A DNA stretch of 64,000 nt from Rhina ancylostomus (taxonomy: Eukaryota), in contig JARFYF010000029.1 of assembly GCA_030265395.1 (NCBI GenBank), positions 14,795,356 through 14,859,355 on the forward strand, in the 5' to 3' direction. The position numbers were made by a program, and so were the translations under genes. A model generated the notes under the pieces. It ran no database searches and had not been told where the DNA came from. It worked only from the letters and a program-made list of their open reading frames with translations. Position 1 is the first letter of the stretch. Every line of letters begins with the position of its first letter. This document shows, one piece after another, positions 1-12,619 of this stretch.

Positions 1-200
1 GCTTCGGGCTCTTTTCCTTTTTTGTTATTTTGAAACTGTAAAAGATGGAAATAAAAAAAAAATCAATCTTGCTTGAAATATTAAAGAGATGTGTCATCTT
101 TAACTTTACGCCTTTTGGAAATGAGGTCACCTTTTACTCACTTAGCTATTCACAGTAACAGAAATTTTGACCGAGGTGCCCAAGCTTTTGCATGCCACTG
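1..200. mobile_element. Terminal inverted repeat (end) of a Tc1/mariner DNA transposon, in a NUP50 intron; the element continues off the left edge
   Basis: The reverse complement of 165-200 begins CAGTGGCATGCAAAAGCTTGGGCACCTCGGTCAAAA, a typical Tc1 terminus (CAGT...). It is followed by TC at 201-202 instead of the expected TA target site. Confidence 0.75.
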
Positions 201-269
201 TCATTATTTCATCACTTGCATTCCGTTCCAATCTCTTTCCCTGCCTAGTGGGCTGGTCCAAAATACTAA

Positions 270-1290
270 TCCAAAATTGGCTTGGGGATAAGTGGCCTAG
301 GATAATGGTGGAAGTCTTTCTGATTGGAAGTCTGCATTAGTGGTACATACCACAGGGACTGTGACTTTGACAGTCTGTTACTCATATTAACAACTTGGAT
401 GTGAACTAATGAAGAAGAAGAATTGCTAAGTTTGCAGACAACACAAAAAATGGTGGTGTTGTGGGTAGCAAGAAACATTGTCAAGGACTACAGTAGAGCG
501 GTGTGTTGGCAGATGGAATTTAATCCCAATAAGTATTGGTGATGTAATTTGGGAAATCAAATAGGGGTAGGACAGTAAATGGTAGGGCATTAAAGAAGGG
601 TGATGAACAGAGAGATCCAGGGGGTCCGACTCCATAGTTCCCTGAATGTGGCAACATGGGCTGATAGAGTGGTGAAGGAAGCATTTGGCGTGCTTGCCTC
701 ATAGGTTGTGCCATAGAATATAAGAATTGAGACATTATGTTGCAGCTTTACAAAATGCTGATCAGGCCACACTTGGATTGCAGTTCTGGTTGCCATACTA
801 CAGGAAAGTTGCGATTGTGCTGGAGAGAGTGCAGAGAAGATTCACTACGATGTTGCCTGGATTGGAGACTTTCATTACGGGGAGAGAGTGGATGGGGTAG
901 GCTTACTTACCCTGCAGCAAAAGAGGCTGAGGGGTGACCTGATAGAAGTATGTAAGATTATAAGAGGCATAGATAGGGTGGATGGTCAGAATCTCTTCCT
1001 CCATGGTGGGGGTATCAGAAATGAGAGGGCATAGGCTTAGGTGAGAGGAAGGATATTTAAAGGGGATCACAGTGGCAAGTTTTTTTAACGTAGGGAATGG
1101 TTGACATTGGAACACACTGCCAAAGGAGTTGGTGGAATCAGATACAATTACTATGTTTAAGAGACATTTAGACAGGTACATAAATAGGCAAGGCGTAGGG
1201 ATATGGTCCTAATGAGGGCAAATGGGATTTGTATAGATGGCCAAAATAGTTTGCCCTGATTTGATGGGTGGAAGTATAACTCTTTGACTC
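270..1290 (+). mobile_element. CR1-clade (HER1-like) LINE, 5'-truncated and decayed; C-terminal part of the RT plus 3' UTR
   Basis: Frameshifted remnants read AKFADNTK (~425-450), WQMEFNPNK (~507-533) and LQLYKMLIRPHL (740-775). A CR1-type tail ends near 1290. Confidence 0.85.
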
Positions 1291-1931
1291 TCAAAAGCTA
1301 TCAAAAATATTTAATTGTTGCCTACATGTTGACAATTCTTTTTACTTTGACATTCCAGGTCAATTTTCACTTCAAATTTATTTTGAAAAAATATTTCACT
1401 GTCCCTGCTGTTTCTCTTTGCAATATTTTTCTCCCCCCTTGAAGAAAAAACATCCATTTAAATGCTACTTTTCACAATCATAGGGCATCTGAAACTCTTT
1501 GGAACTAATAGTAGACTTTTGATTATTAATTGTCAAAACAAATTCTTCTGGGTCTCAAACCCAGCTTTTGAGCACTGAGGTATTCTCTGAATTGACCCAA
1601 CAAGCTGTTAGTTTGTATTAAGACAGTTACAAACAGTTTAAGAGGAGCACCCACCAGTACCTTCTTGGGGAGACCATCGATATCATAATAAATACAGATC
1701 TTATTCACGATGCACATGTCCTGAAGCAGATATTTGAAAGACGTTCATTTTAAATGGGAATATAAAATGGGTGCCATTCAAAAATCTGGGAATTAATATG
1801 GGAAATTTATAAGGTTCTTGCATGTCAGTAAATATGGAATTTCAGTCTTAAATTGTGAAGCCAGAATGAGTGTATCTTGTAGGATTGTGCTTAATATTAT
1901 TAAGCTGAAATATTAAATTTTGCTTTTCCAG

Positions 1932-2050
1932 ATGTAAAATGTTCTACAAGAAGGATGGGGATTTCAAAGATAAAGGAATTGGTACAATCCATTTAAAACC
2001 TGTGGCAGATGAAAAATTTCAGTTGTTGGTACGAGCAGATACTAATCTAG
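1932..2050 (+). CDS. NUP50: Nucleoporin 50, penultimate coding exon (Ran-binding domain)
   Basis: Acceptor ttttccAG at 1930-31 and donor GTGAGT at 2051; 119 bp. Translates [39 protein letters not shown](G), matching the vertebrate NUP50 RanBD1 domain. Confidence 0.96.
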
Positions 2051-2199
2051 GTGAGTTAATTAGTATCTATGATTTACATCAATAAATTAATTATGTAGCA
2101 GTAATACTTTATACAGAATCTAGTAGGCAGCTCCAGCAATGGAAGGTTTTGCATCTTAAATGTGATTAGCAAATGCCAGGTATAGCCATCTAAGACAAT

Positions 2200-2770
2200 A
2201 ACTAACCATCTCCTTTCAGTGTTTTTGACATAGTGGACTTCCCAAAATCAGCATCTTGTGGAACTCCATTGACCTATCTTAACTTGACCACTCATATAAA
2301 TAAGTGTGACTGCATTGAGTGTCTCATCTTCTGATTCACCAAAGGTTTTCCAACTCAAATAAGACAACAGTCAACAGAGTAATGGAATATTGTGCACTTA
2401 CCAGCAACAATAAAGGTCAATGCCATCAGAGCAGATGAGCCCACATGATTGGCACCATGTTAAAACTTCACTGCCTTCACTAGAGATGTACAAGATGCAC
2501 TGCTGCAACTCTCCAAATCTTTGACAGCATCTCCTAAACTTTTCTGTACTACTTAAAAGGCCAAGTTGCCAACTATCCCAACCTGTAGATGTGTCACAAG
2601 CCCTTCACTTGCTGAGTCAAAATCTTAGAGTTCTCTTCCCTAACAGGTTTGTGGCAGTGTCTTCAACAGACAAACTATAGAAGGTTCAGGTGTCAACGTG
2701 GCACTACCATCTCAAGAACAATTAGCAATGACAGTGATGCCCAGATTCCATGAGCAAAAGAACAAAATTC
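2200..2770 (+). mobile_element. Old LINE 3' fragment (CR1/L2-type)
   Basis: The end (caccatctcaagaacaattagcaatg...gatgcccagattccatgagcaaaagaac, decayed) resembles the tail of the SINE family at 31640-31990 and 54480-54800. Confidence 0.5.
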
Positions 2771-2954
2771 CTTTGGTTTTCCCCTCCACCACACTTGTAA
2801 ACCAAATTGGAAAACCAGCAAATTCCACGGTAGTTTATTTTGGTAGTATTATGAGGCCCTTTGGGTGCTGCTTGATGTCCACTAGTATGAATCCATTGTA
2901 TTTTCTGGAGTCGCTGCACCTTAACTCTTCTGTTCTCTAAAACCTCTGTATTTC

Positions 2955-3640
2955 AATTTATTTTCAATAATGTGTTTTATTCATAAAATTTACATTTATA
3001 TAATACAGGACATTCCTTTATGAGACTCTTCAGTGTTCCGAGCATATTATTACATTTACTGTTATTTACATCAGGTATCAATTATTCTTTCCCAAACTTT
3101 CCATCAGCAAAAGGTTTGAGAAGATTTTATGAGGGGCCCAGTGACATGAGAGTTCTCTGCTATGGCATTTCACATGGAGGCTTAGGGTAGCTGCACGAAG
3201 CTTCGGTTTGTCCCTCAGCACATAGTCCTGCAGTCTGGAATATTCCAGTCTGCAGCATTCAATTTTGGATTGCTCCTTGCACTAGAAGACCAGCAGCTTT
3301 CAGACAGACCCAAGTGCATCTTTTACTGAGCCAAATTATATTCCAGCAGCACTTGATGTTTGTCTCAATATATGTCCCTGGAACAGCCCAATGAGCATTT
3401 TGTCCTGTGTTATGCAACTGATCAGAAAAAAAAACAGTGACAAAGACCACTGCTTCCCTTCCCAAATCTACTTGGCAAACACACACTCCAGAAGATGTGT
3501 GATGACTTCATCCACACCACCTTGCAGGCAGCACACTGTGGGTTTGACATCTTGGCTGTGCGTGAGGATTTTATAGGGAGGACCCAGAACCAGCCAAGGA
3601 AACTCTTACTCGTGTATGATTTTAAAAGTTACATTGGTAC
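2955..3640 (-). mobile_element. Tx1-like (L1/Tx1 clade) LINE, 3' fragment
   Basis: Minus-strand decayed translation ...PGTYIETNIKCCWNII / SVKDAL...ECCRLEYSRLQDYVLRD... is homologous to the copy at 32886-33195. It ends in ttttatgAATAAAacac with an A-rich tail. Confidence 0.7.
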
Positions 3641-4198
3641 AATGCTTAAAAGCTTTTGGAAATTATATGAGGGAGGAAGAAAGTCTAAACGATTTAAGAG
3701 GAGATTCAATATCTTTCATTAGCAATAGTTACATGTTACTAGGTGGATTGCTTTTTGGAAAAGCCATTCGGGGGTCATTTGGCTGATTGGTCTCCTTTGA
3801 TGCATTATTCTGTAATTAATATTATACATAGATTTATTAACTGAAAATTGGCAATAGAATATATCTTGTCCAGCATAAAATAAGAACTACTTAAGGGAAT
3901 GAAACAAGAGAACCTGTGGTCCATTTACAAATCTAATGCTTTATCTTGGCTGAAAGATTTTTTACTGAGTTTGAGTAAGTAAATTGCCTTTTAAATGAAG
4001 AGTAATCTATGAATACAGATGGTGGAAAATTATTTCCATCAGTTGATAAAAGAGGGCATTGAATAAAATTTAGTGGAAGAAGAATGTATAATTTATTTTC
4101 GAGAGGAGATGCATCTTGAAAATGTCTTTGTACAGGAGAATACGATTATGGGAAATTGCAAGAGTTTAAAAGCTTCCAACTTTTGTTTTCTTGACCAG

Positions 4199-4410
4199 GT
4201 AATATTTTACTGAACATTATGCTTCATCCATCACTGCCTTGTACAAGAACAGGAAAAAACAACATCCTTCTCATCTGTGTTCCCAACCCTCCCATTGATG
4301 AGAAAAATCCTGATACTGCTATGCCAATTTTGATCCGTGTGAAAACTACTCAGGATGCGGACGAGCTTCACAAAATTATTACTGAGAAAAAGGCTGCACA
4401 TCAAGTGTAA
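4199..4410 (+). CDS. NUP50: Nucleoporin 50, final coding exon
   Basis: Acceptor ttttgttttcttgaccAG at 4197-98; the phase joins the previous exon (G|GT = Gly). Translates NILLNIMLHPSLPCTRTGKNNILLICVPNPPIDEKNPDTAMPILIRVKTTQDADELHKIITEKKAAHQV, then TAA. Confidence 0.97.
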
Positions 4411-4441
4411 TTGGTGCTCTATCTGATAGTGTAAACAAGTT

Positions 4442-4458
4442 TTGCCAAGTTGCTGCTA
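4442..4458 (+). promoter_or_regulatory. Adjacent miRNA seed matches in the proximal NUP50 3' UTR (miR-182-type TTGCCAA; miR-15/16 8mer TGCTGCTA)
   Basis: TTGCCAA at 4442-4448 and TGCTGCTA at 4451-4458, starting 32 nt after the stop codon. Confidence 0.5.
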
Positions 4459-5222
4459 CGGTCTTTAATTCTCAATTTTTAAAATAAAATGTTTCTGGTT
4501 GAGGAAATTATAATGGTTAGGCAGATTGCACTTGAGTGCTTTCATTCTGATAGGGACATCCCTAGGTATTGTCCTTTTTACATGTACTGAAGTTATTTTC
4601 TGTGTACAATTGTGGCCTGACCTGATTTTTAGCAGCATAGATAAATCACTTAGACCACAAGTTTGATAAATGGGGCCAGTATGTTTAATAAGCTGACAAC
4701 CCATGTCATGAAAAAATCTGTGTGCTGACCTAGGGGGTTGGAATTATTCTGCTTACATTCTAACTTTCCATTCCACTTTCTTCTGGTTTCTAGTGTAGAT
4801 CATAATCCAAGCAACAGGAATAATGTTTTAAACATCTCTAATTGGACTATTGTAAAAATTTACTTTTGCCTCCACTCCATTTCCAAAAAAAAAACAGTTG
4901 AGTATCCCTGTTTACTGGTGAGAAAGCATGTGAGATTCGCATCGAATATTAGAATAAGGTAAAATGATAAGCTTAAGAGAGCTTGAAAACTGAAGTAGGC
5001 AGGGAAGGGGTAAAGAAAAAACTACTAAAGTAAAATCAAACAGCAATTAGTGGATTGAAAAGATTCTGCAAGTACAGTGAAGTGAATTTCGGACATAACC
5101 GATGAATGGAAGTGGTGAATAAATAAATGTTGGATTCTTGCTGTCTCCCCTAAATTGTCTTGTAGCTGTCCATTTTAATGACTTGTAAGCCACACAGTTT
5201 TCATTTCATATCATAAAATTGT

Positions 5223-5228
5223 AATAAA
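5223..5228 (+). terminator. Candidate NUP50 polyadenylation signal
   Basis: AATAAA followed by a GU-rich stretch (ttgtgtctgttgatttggtg). Alternative AATAAA sites occur at 4483 and further downstream. Confidence 0.45.
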
Positions 5229-6199
5229 AAAACATTGTGTCTGTTGATTTGGTGAGCTTGATTCTTAATTTATGCATAACCTGATAAATTTGCTGCAAGA
5301 AAGGAATTGTTAGACCATATACGAATGCACCTCAGATTGGTGTGGTAATTTTGGCCAAAGCCATAGTTTCATACCATACCTTCCTACTACAGAAACTCTC
5401 TTGAAGATAACCTGATATCATAAACTAATCTCCATAGTTGAACATTACCTGTTTCAACAAAATATATTGTACAAAACAAGCTACTTTGACATATTTTACA
5501 GATTTTCATTTTTCCTAATTATATGTGTCCTGTAATGCAAAGTTATTTTGTTTGAAGATCTTTTGGAGAGATAATTATCTGAACTTTTAAAGCAAACAGT
5601 CTGTACGTTTTGGGGTGTATGGGTCTTGAAAGCCAGTGATAGGCAGTGTTGAAGAGATATATCAGTGGGACTGCTTTAGAAATTGTTTTGTAGCAGTTAA
5701 ATTTGAATTGTATTTACATAAGCAGATATAACCAATAAGAACAATTATAGTTCTTGAATCCTAAATATCAAAGCTGAGCTGCACTTTGGATGATTGTACT
5801 GATCAGGGAATCCTTCAAGAGATGCAAAATAAGCATCAATTTTAAATATTCCTAGGATAAATCAAGCTTGAGAAGCTTTGTCATGGTCTTAGTAATGTTT
5901 TTAAATTATGTATTTTAAAATGTTTTAAAGTGATGTATACAATAATTAGAAAGCTTACAAGCTCAATACACAAATCTGTTATTGGTTAGATATCAATCCA
6001 TTATAAACATTGCATATTTGAACCACAGACATTAATGCTGAGCTTGACATTGGCCAGTTGACGTGCCCAGTGATGTCAAACAACAGGACATTATTTTGAT
6101 CATTTGGTGTCACTTTCCATTTGGGATCTCGGAGTCACTAAGAAGGGCCAAGCCAAGAGTTGCTGCAGGCCAAATTTGGAAATCCATGTGTTATAGGGG

Positions 6200-6580
6200 G
6201 ACTGGAGACATGGCAAAAAAATGCACAAGGATGATATCAGAAGTGAGTGGATGTACTTATAAGCGTCAAGGTAGGAGGTGGCTGCTATTTTCTCTGGGAA
6301 GAAAGGAGATCACCTAATTGCAATTTTTTAAAAAAATCATATAATGATTTAATGGGTGCTCATAGAGAAAATATTACCAAATGATGAGTCTGCAACTAGA
6401 GGAAGTGAGTAGAAAGTGGAATGCTTTACAGAGAGGAGTAATTGAGTAGCACAGTGAAATTTAAGCAGAAGATGGATAAGCACAAGGGAGAAAAGGATTT
6501 GACTGATATATTGACAGTTATCTGAAGAGGGGTGGGGGGAGATTTGTGAGGCAATAAACACTAGCATAGAGCTGTTGATT
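6200..6580 (+). mobile_element. Highly decayed CR1 3' fragment
   Basis: cacaaggatgatatcagaagtgagtggatgtacttat...ctattttctctgg and tggaatgctttacagagagg resemble the CR1 ORF2 end and 3' UTR seen at 830-1200. Confidence 0.55.
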
Positions 6581-7444
6581 GTGTATAAGCCAATCCATTG
6601 ACATCATTAAATGGATCTAAAAGATGGCTTTTGTTAGAACTAATTTTGGTAAAATACTGTTTGCTAAAATCCTGCCATATAGTTATTTTAAAAATAATTC
6701 TTACAAATGCAGTTTACCAATGAAAGTGTTAAACTTTTTTGAGTAACATTGGCTTGGGAAAGACTATAACTTTTATTTTTGCAATATTATCCATTCATTT
6801 TGCAGAATCCTGGAGATTCCTAACTTGACTTTTTTTTGAAATGATGGCATTGGCTACGTCTTTATCTTGCAGACATGCAGGAATTTTTAAAATATTGTTA
6901 TGCTATTTTGTGACTAGTTATTCAGTTTACCAGTTTGTTGAAGGCCCACAACTGTATAATTGCATTTAATAAAATATGGGTTCTCACGTAAGAGAAAATG
7001 CTCAACACCTTGAAGCCTTCCACATGAAGGACCTTGCCATCTTTACCTGCTATGTTATTTTAAAATCTTGAAGTAAAACTGCTTGTAACCTGTGATTGTG
7101 CAACTTCTGAATTTATTTCTGAATTGCCAAGACTACTTTGTGCAAAATAAAAATGCAAGTTGTAGTGAATCATCCTCCAGCGTAAACAATTTTGAATCAG
7201 ATTGAGAATTTGTATGCTCTAACAGAAAAGATTTATTTTGACACTGGATTTTTTTAACAACTTTCCATGTTAAGGCTTAGTAACAACTTATTGTTTCCAT
7301 GTATGCAGCCATGAAGCAGGTCACTTTTATTATTTATGAATGTTGCTAGGGTAATTGTTACAGCAAAATGACTTTTGAAAGTATTTGCATCTTAATCCAA
7401 AAGTCAAGCATCCCATGAAGCAGAAACTAATTCATTAATATGAT

Positions 7445-7830
7445 TGCTAGAAATCTGAAATTAAAACAGAAAAAGCCAGAAATATGCAATGGGTGAGACA
7501 GGATCTGTGGAGAAAGAAATTGTGTTAATGTATTATATTGATGACCTTGCAACAGTTCTGGAAAAAGTTAGAGATTAATAGGTTTTGAGATGTACAGCTC
7601 TAGTGCAGGACATGCAGCTTGTGAGCCAGTACTGCCGATGAGACAGTTTTATTCTGGACCATCTCTGAACAACCAGCTGCTGGTGCACACTTCACCAGTC
7701 ACAGATGTAGGTTAAAAGCTGCATTCTGCCTTTTAAGTTGAACCTCCCCATATCTGTGTTACCCATGGATCTCCCAGCCAGCAGAAAGAAGAAATACTCA
7801 TCTCAGTTGGATTTAAACCTGTTTCCTGAA
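7445..7830. mobile_element. Penelope-like element remnants (terminal unit on - strand, decayed ORF end on +)
   Basis: tgctagaaatctgaaattaaaacagaaaa...ggatctgtggagaaagaaa is the reverse complement of the unit at 14660-14730. Confidence 0.5.
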
Positions 7831-10724
7831 CTTAAGTGCCCTCGATCAGCTGTATCATTGTTCTTTCGTTGATACAGGTTATGGATGATCTTGCATATTT
7901 TGCAATTCTCTCTCTTAGGAACCAATTATTGATCTTGAGGAGAGAACTCTGCCAAGTCTTGTTTGATTTTGTTTTATCTGTTTATCCCCCTTCAATAATT
8001 TTTCCCTTCCTTCCCAAGGATGTTTGCAGTGACAACATGTTCCACAAAGCTGAAGCCCTCCAGAGGTTTGACGACCAGTTAAGACAAGGTCTCAGTCTTG
8101 CTGGCTGTCAAAAGTGAATTTTGTTGAATATTTCTGAGACATTTTAAAATTTTGAATGATATTAATTTTGATAGTTCATAAATAATTAAACTTTAAAAAT
8201 AAACTTTAACTTAATTAATTTCTGTCACCTGAAGCACTGTCACCTAAAACACACCTACCTTCCTAAGAACTATTTTGTCCTCATTGAAATAAATGGAGCG
8301 GCTGAGCTGTGCAAGTTGTAACCAGGAGCAAGTTCAGCAGGCTGACTTCCCAGCAGAGCTGCTGGGACTACCTAATGCTTAAAGAAGTTAGCACTCTACC
8401 ATTGAACTCCATGGGGTGCCCAATGTTGTAATGATAGCAGCACAGACCACTTGGGAATTTTGGATCTTTATAATCACAAGAAGTGTTCCAGATTTTCAGT
8501 GTAGCCATTCCTGAAAAACTTGTGTCTCACTGCTTCTGAGAAAGGGGGAACTTTTCACAATTACAACGGAAGATCAACTTAGAAGGGTAATTATTTATTC
8601 GCTGTACAGATGCTGTCTGGCTGGCTATTTCTGACATTTTCTGCCTTTTATCCAAATGGTGTGTTCTATAGAATATTTGAAAATAACGATAATGTGAATT
8701 ATTTTGATCTTTATTTCCAAAATTGCTGCTGGTTTTGATTGACATTTTTTGACTTGTTTCTGTGAATTTATCGGATCAGCAATAGTATTAAACTGTTCCT
8801 GCTTAATGTAGTTAATGTAATCACAGCTTTATTTGAAAAAAAACTAAACATGACAGACTTCTGATTGACTGACTTGTCAAAGGTCAGAAGCATCTACCAC
8901 TATTCATATCTATTATGGGCTAACTGGACAATTAGAAAACATTTAGATCAGTTAGTACCATTCAAAAAAGGAAGTAGGCAAATTGATAGATCTCCTATTC
9001 ACAGTGCCTGATAGGTTCTTAAATGTGCAAGAGTTGTCAACCAAAACTGCTTCCTTCCACAAATCAAAATATATTTAATAGTATTGCCTGTATTAATCTT
9101 TCTCAGCAATTCCACATTGAAGCTTTCAAACATAAAATGTATTCCTAGTTTATTTTATCATAGTTGCTTTTGATCCAGCTTCAGAAGTAATTTAAATTTA
9201 AAAGCAAATGAGTCTCCTTTAAAGTCCTAGTTATGTGTGGAAATGGACTTTTTAATTTGTTCTTGCTTTCACAGGTGATTCTAATTTGGTTTCCTCCCTT
9301 GTACAAATCTGCTTCCAGTATAAATATACACATTTGTCAGTCATTGATTAGGAAGTGCATTGAAAGCACCCATAATTCAAACTGAAAGTGAGAAAGAAAG
9401 CAATTTATTAGCATATTTGCAAAGCAAAATACAGATGCTTGTTCACCATGATTAGTTTTTTTTCCTAAGATGTACATTTTAGGGATTTTTCACTTTGACA
9501 TTCCAATTTGTGTTGAATAGCAGATTTGTGCTGCTAAATTTAGGATTTAGTAATAAGGGGAAAAGAGGGAAGGATATAATTAAGGGGTCATTTATCGATG
9601 AAAAAAATATGTGATAAGGATACTTAAGTGAGCAGTATGACTGAGAAATTGATGAGGGGTTTTATCCAATGCAAGCGTTCTGGGTGCTGTGTGCAGTAAA
9701 AGTGGTGCCACTTTTTGCCAAATGGCAGAGTTGAAAGCTTCTCAATATTACAGGAGGTGAAGTCCTTTTATTCTAACTCTGCAATAAATGCCTCTGTTTG
9801 AAAAGACACAGATCATGTTTGGTTTCCAGCATTGTAATTCATATAAATGTAATCTGAATTGATAAATGTTTGTTTTATATTACATTTTTGGATTACAAAA
9901 TAAATGACTTTGAGACACAATTGCCTTGAAGTTTTTGTTGGTATGCAGTTATCTTTCTAAAGATTCTAAATTTTTCTGTGTATTCTATCCTGTATTGCTT
10001 AATAAAAAGGATTATTTTGATTTTGGAATCATTAATGTGATGTTTTAACCATTTTACATTTTTTTGTAGAATCTTGTTGCTCAGTATCTAAATGCCTTTG
10101 TTGTAAAACTTGTGAAGGTTTAGTTTTTAAATATTCCTTTTTCTATCTGATATATGTTTATTTTTATTTAGTGTAAGGAAATGCATACTTTGGTGAGGGG
10201 CAATTTAATTTTATTTTGAATTTAAGGACTAAGTGCTGTGTCTTAATTATTGTTTAACAAGGTGATTATAGTTTTATTTGGTAAATGCACCTTTTACAAG
10301 TGCCCCACCCTGAAGCAATATTGACTGGTGCAAAGGTTTGTTTGAGTATTATTTGAACAAAGAATATTAATACACTACTGTCCTCAAAACATGAGGGCAT
10401 GTGGTATATTAATGTTCCCTGATTTTGTGAAAGCTGCAAGCTCTCATTAAGTGTGCTTTCCATGAACGGCTAATAAACTATATTTTAAAGTGAATTGTCT
10501 TGTTGCAGGACCTCAAATAAAAACCAGCTTTAAACACTTGAAAATAAAAATGTAAATCAGTAAGTATTTGCATGAATAAAATGATCTCCCAGAGATATTT
10601 CAATCCTCTTTTAAGGATGGTTAGTTTTGAACATATATGTAACACAATATTTTTATTTATGTGTCAGTAACATTTCTAATTGCTTGACTATCACATGTTT
10701 ATCAGGTAACAATTATTTTCTGTT

Positions 10725-10870
10725 CTGATAGAACCACAGCAACAAGAGTAGGCTACATATTCCCTCAATTCTGTTCTACCTTACGGTAACATCATGGTTG
10801 ATCCATGATTCAACTCCAAATAATTGCTTTGCCCCATATGCCTTAATACTCTTGGTTAACAAAAATTTAT
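10725..10870 (-). mobile_element. CR1 3' tail fragment
   Basis: gagtaggctacat...catcatggttgatc... is the reverse of the CR1 3' end type seen at 13020-13080. Confidence 0.5.
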
Positions 10871-11244
10871 TTAAAAAATTGAATGCTTGCATGTATATTA
10901 GTCTGCATTATATTGAATTCTGGTATCTCCATTTGCATTGAGAACTAACTGAGCTGTAAAAATAAAGAAAATTTGACCATCCTTCCTGCCCAAAACTTTT
11001 GTTTGTGAGGTAGTACGTGGAAGTGATGTTTGACTCATTTTTAAAATATAGCGTAATGGTTTGAACCCAGGATATTTTAACAATGATTTTATCTTGAGTT
11101 CTTGGTATCAGGCATTTCTCAGAGGGAATACATTGTGAAAATGTATTTGTTCATCTTTTAACCTTCCCTGACCAATGAACAGATGTGTGAAAGAGGAGGA
11201 GAAATAGAAATGGGAATATAGAAATGAAAATAAGTTAATAGCCA

Positions 11245-11430
11245 TAGAAGTCCTGAAGATATGCTGGTAAGTTAATTGGCAACTATAAATTATCCCTTTG
11301 GGTAAATAACCATCAATTCCCCATTGATTCTTTGGCTATGTGAAAAAGAATAAGTTTAGGGCTCTGAACGGGATGGTTCAGCTGGGACCTAGTGTAGACT
11401 TGATGGCCTGAATGGCCTCCTGTGGCATAA
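11245..11430 (+). mobile_element. HE1-like V-SINE body and tail
   Basis: gaagatatgctggtaagttaattggcaactataaattatccc...gacttgatggcctgaatggcctcctgtg is near-identical in layout to 34665-34870. Confidence 0.65.
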
Positions 11431-12619
11431 TGAGTAATTGAACCATCTATTCGGATATAATTATGGGTTTAATTATAAAAAACAAGATTGTAAATTTGTT
11501 CATAGCAGTGATTAAACAATAGTTACAAGTAAAATTTTCTCATTATTGAAAGGACATTAAAACTTGCACCTAGAAGTACAAACTGTAGATTGACTTCCCA
11601 TTTTGCATTGTTGGCTATGCTTTCAATTAGGCGTTAAACTCGCATATTGGGTACTAAAGATTACTCAACCCTATTTGAAAATGAGCAGGGAGAGTTCCAG
11701 TGCCAAAGTCAACTCATTGATTATGATAAAACAGATTAACTTCACATTCATCCCATCGTTTCTCATGGCCTTTTGAAGTAAACTAGCTATTTTTGGATTG
11801 TTTCACCCAAAAATTCTTGCTTCATATGGTACATATACAATAATTTCCAGTAAAAGAAATATTATTTCAAAGGCACAGTTCAGTAATAGTGTATCCTACA
11901 TTTAACCTTTCTCTAACTGCTTTCCTCATTGTGTCAAGGAACCTTCCCTCCTCCTCAACTCCAGCTTCTGTTTACAGCTTTTACAATCCCAGCTGAGTAG
12001 AAGCCAAGGCAGTTATTTCTCTTCCCCCACCCCCCGCCTTAGCCCAAGGGCATTCGATCCTTTTTGTAGAGTCCCATCGACAACCCTGTCCAAACTTGGG
12101 TCATTTGGCTGAAACACATCAAACTTGGAACCTTTTTGTTCCTAATATCTCACGTAATTGCTTTTAAAGCAAACTGAACAATTGGGGTAATTAAATTTTC
12201 TTTCTTTGAATGGTATCCATGCCTGCCTGTTAATCGCTATTCAAATGAATGATAAATACTAAAGACAAAGTACTCTGCTTGTCTGATACAGATGATTTCA
12301 TTCATTCACACATAGTCACAGCGGAATTAACTGTTTTGGCATGCCAGTAACCATTAAGATTTAATGTTTTTAAAACTAAATATTTCAGTTAACAGCTATT
12401 GTCCTTTGCCTTTGAATGTCTAATGGGCACAAAATGCTTATAGTTTTTACTTAACGTATTGGTGTTTCTTCTATGACTGCAGTAAGATAGTTGAATTTGT
12501 GAAGTAACCATTGGCATCCTTACAGAGCTAAGCAACCTTTTCATGGTGGGGGGGGGGTGGGGGAGGTGTTGGATTTCCCCCAATTTATCATGGGCCAGTA
12601 GGGCAATATACAATATACT

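Noticed and set aside
12545-12566. G-runs with quadruplex potential (also near 31135, 50615, 54222)
   Set aside because: Simple homopolymers, common in such genomes, with no functional context.
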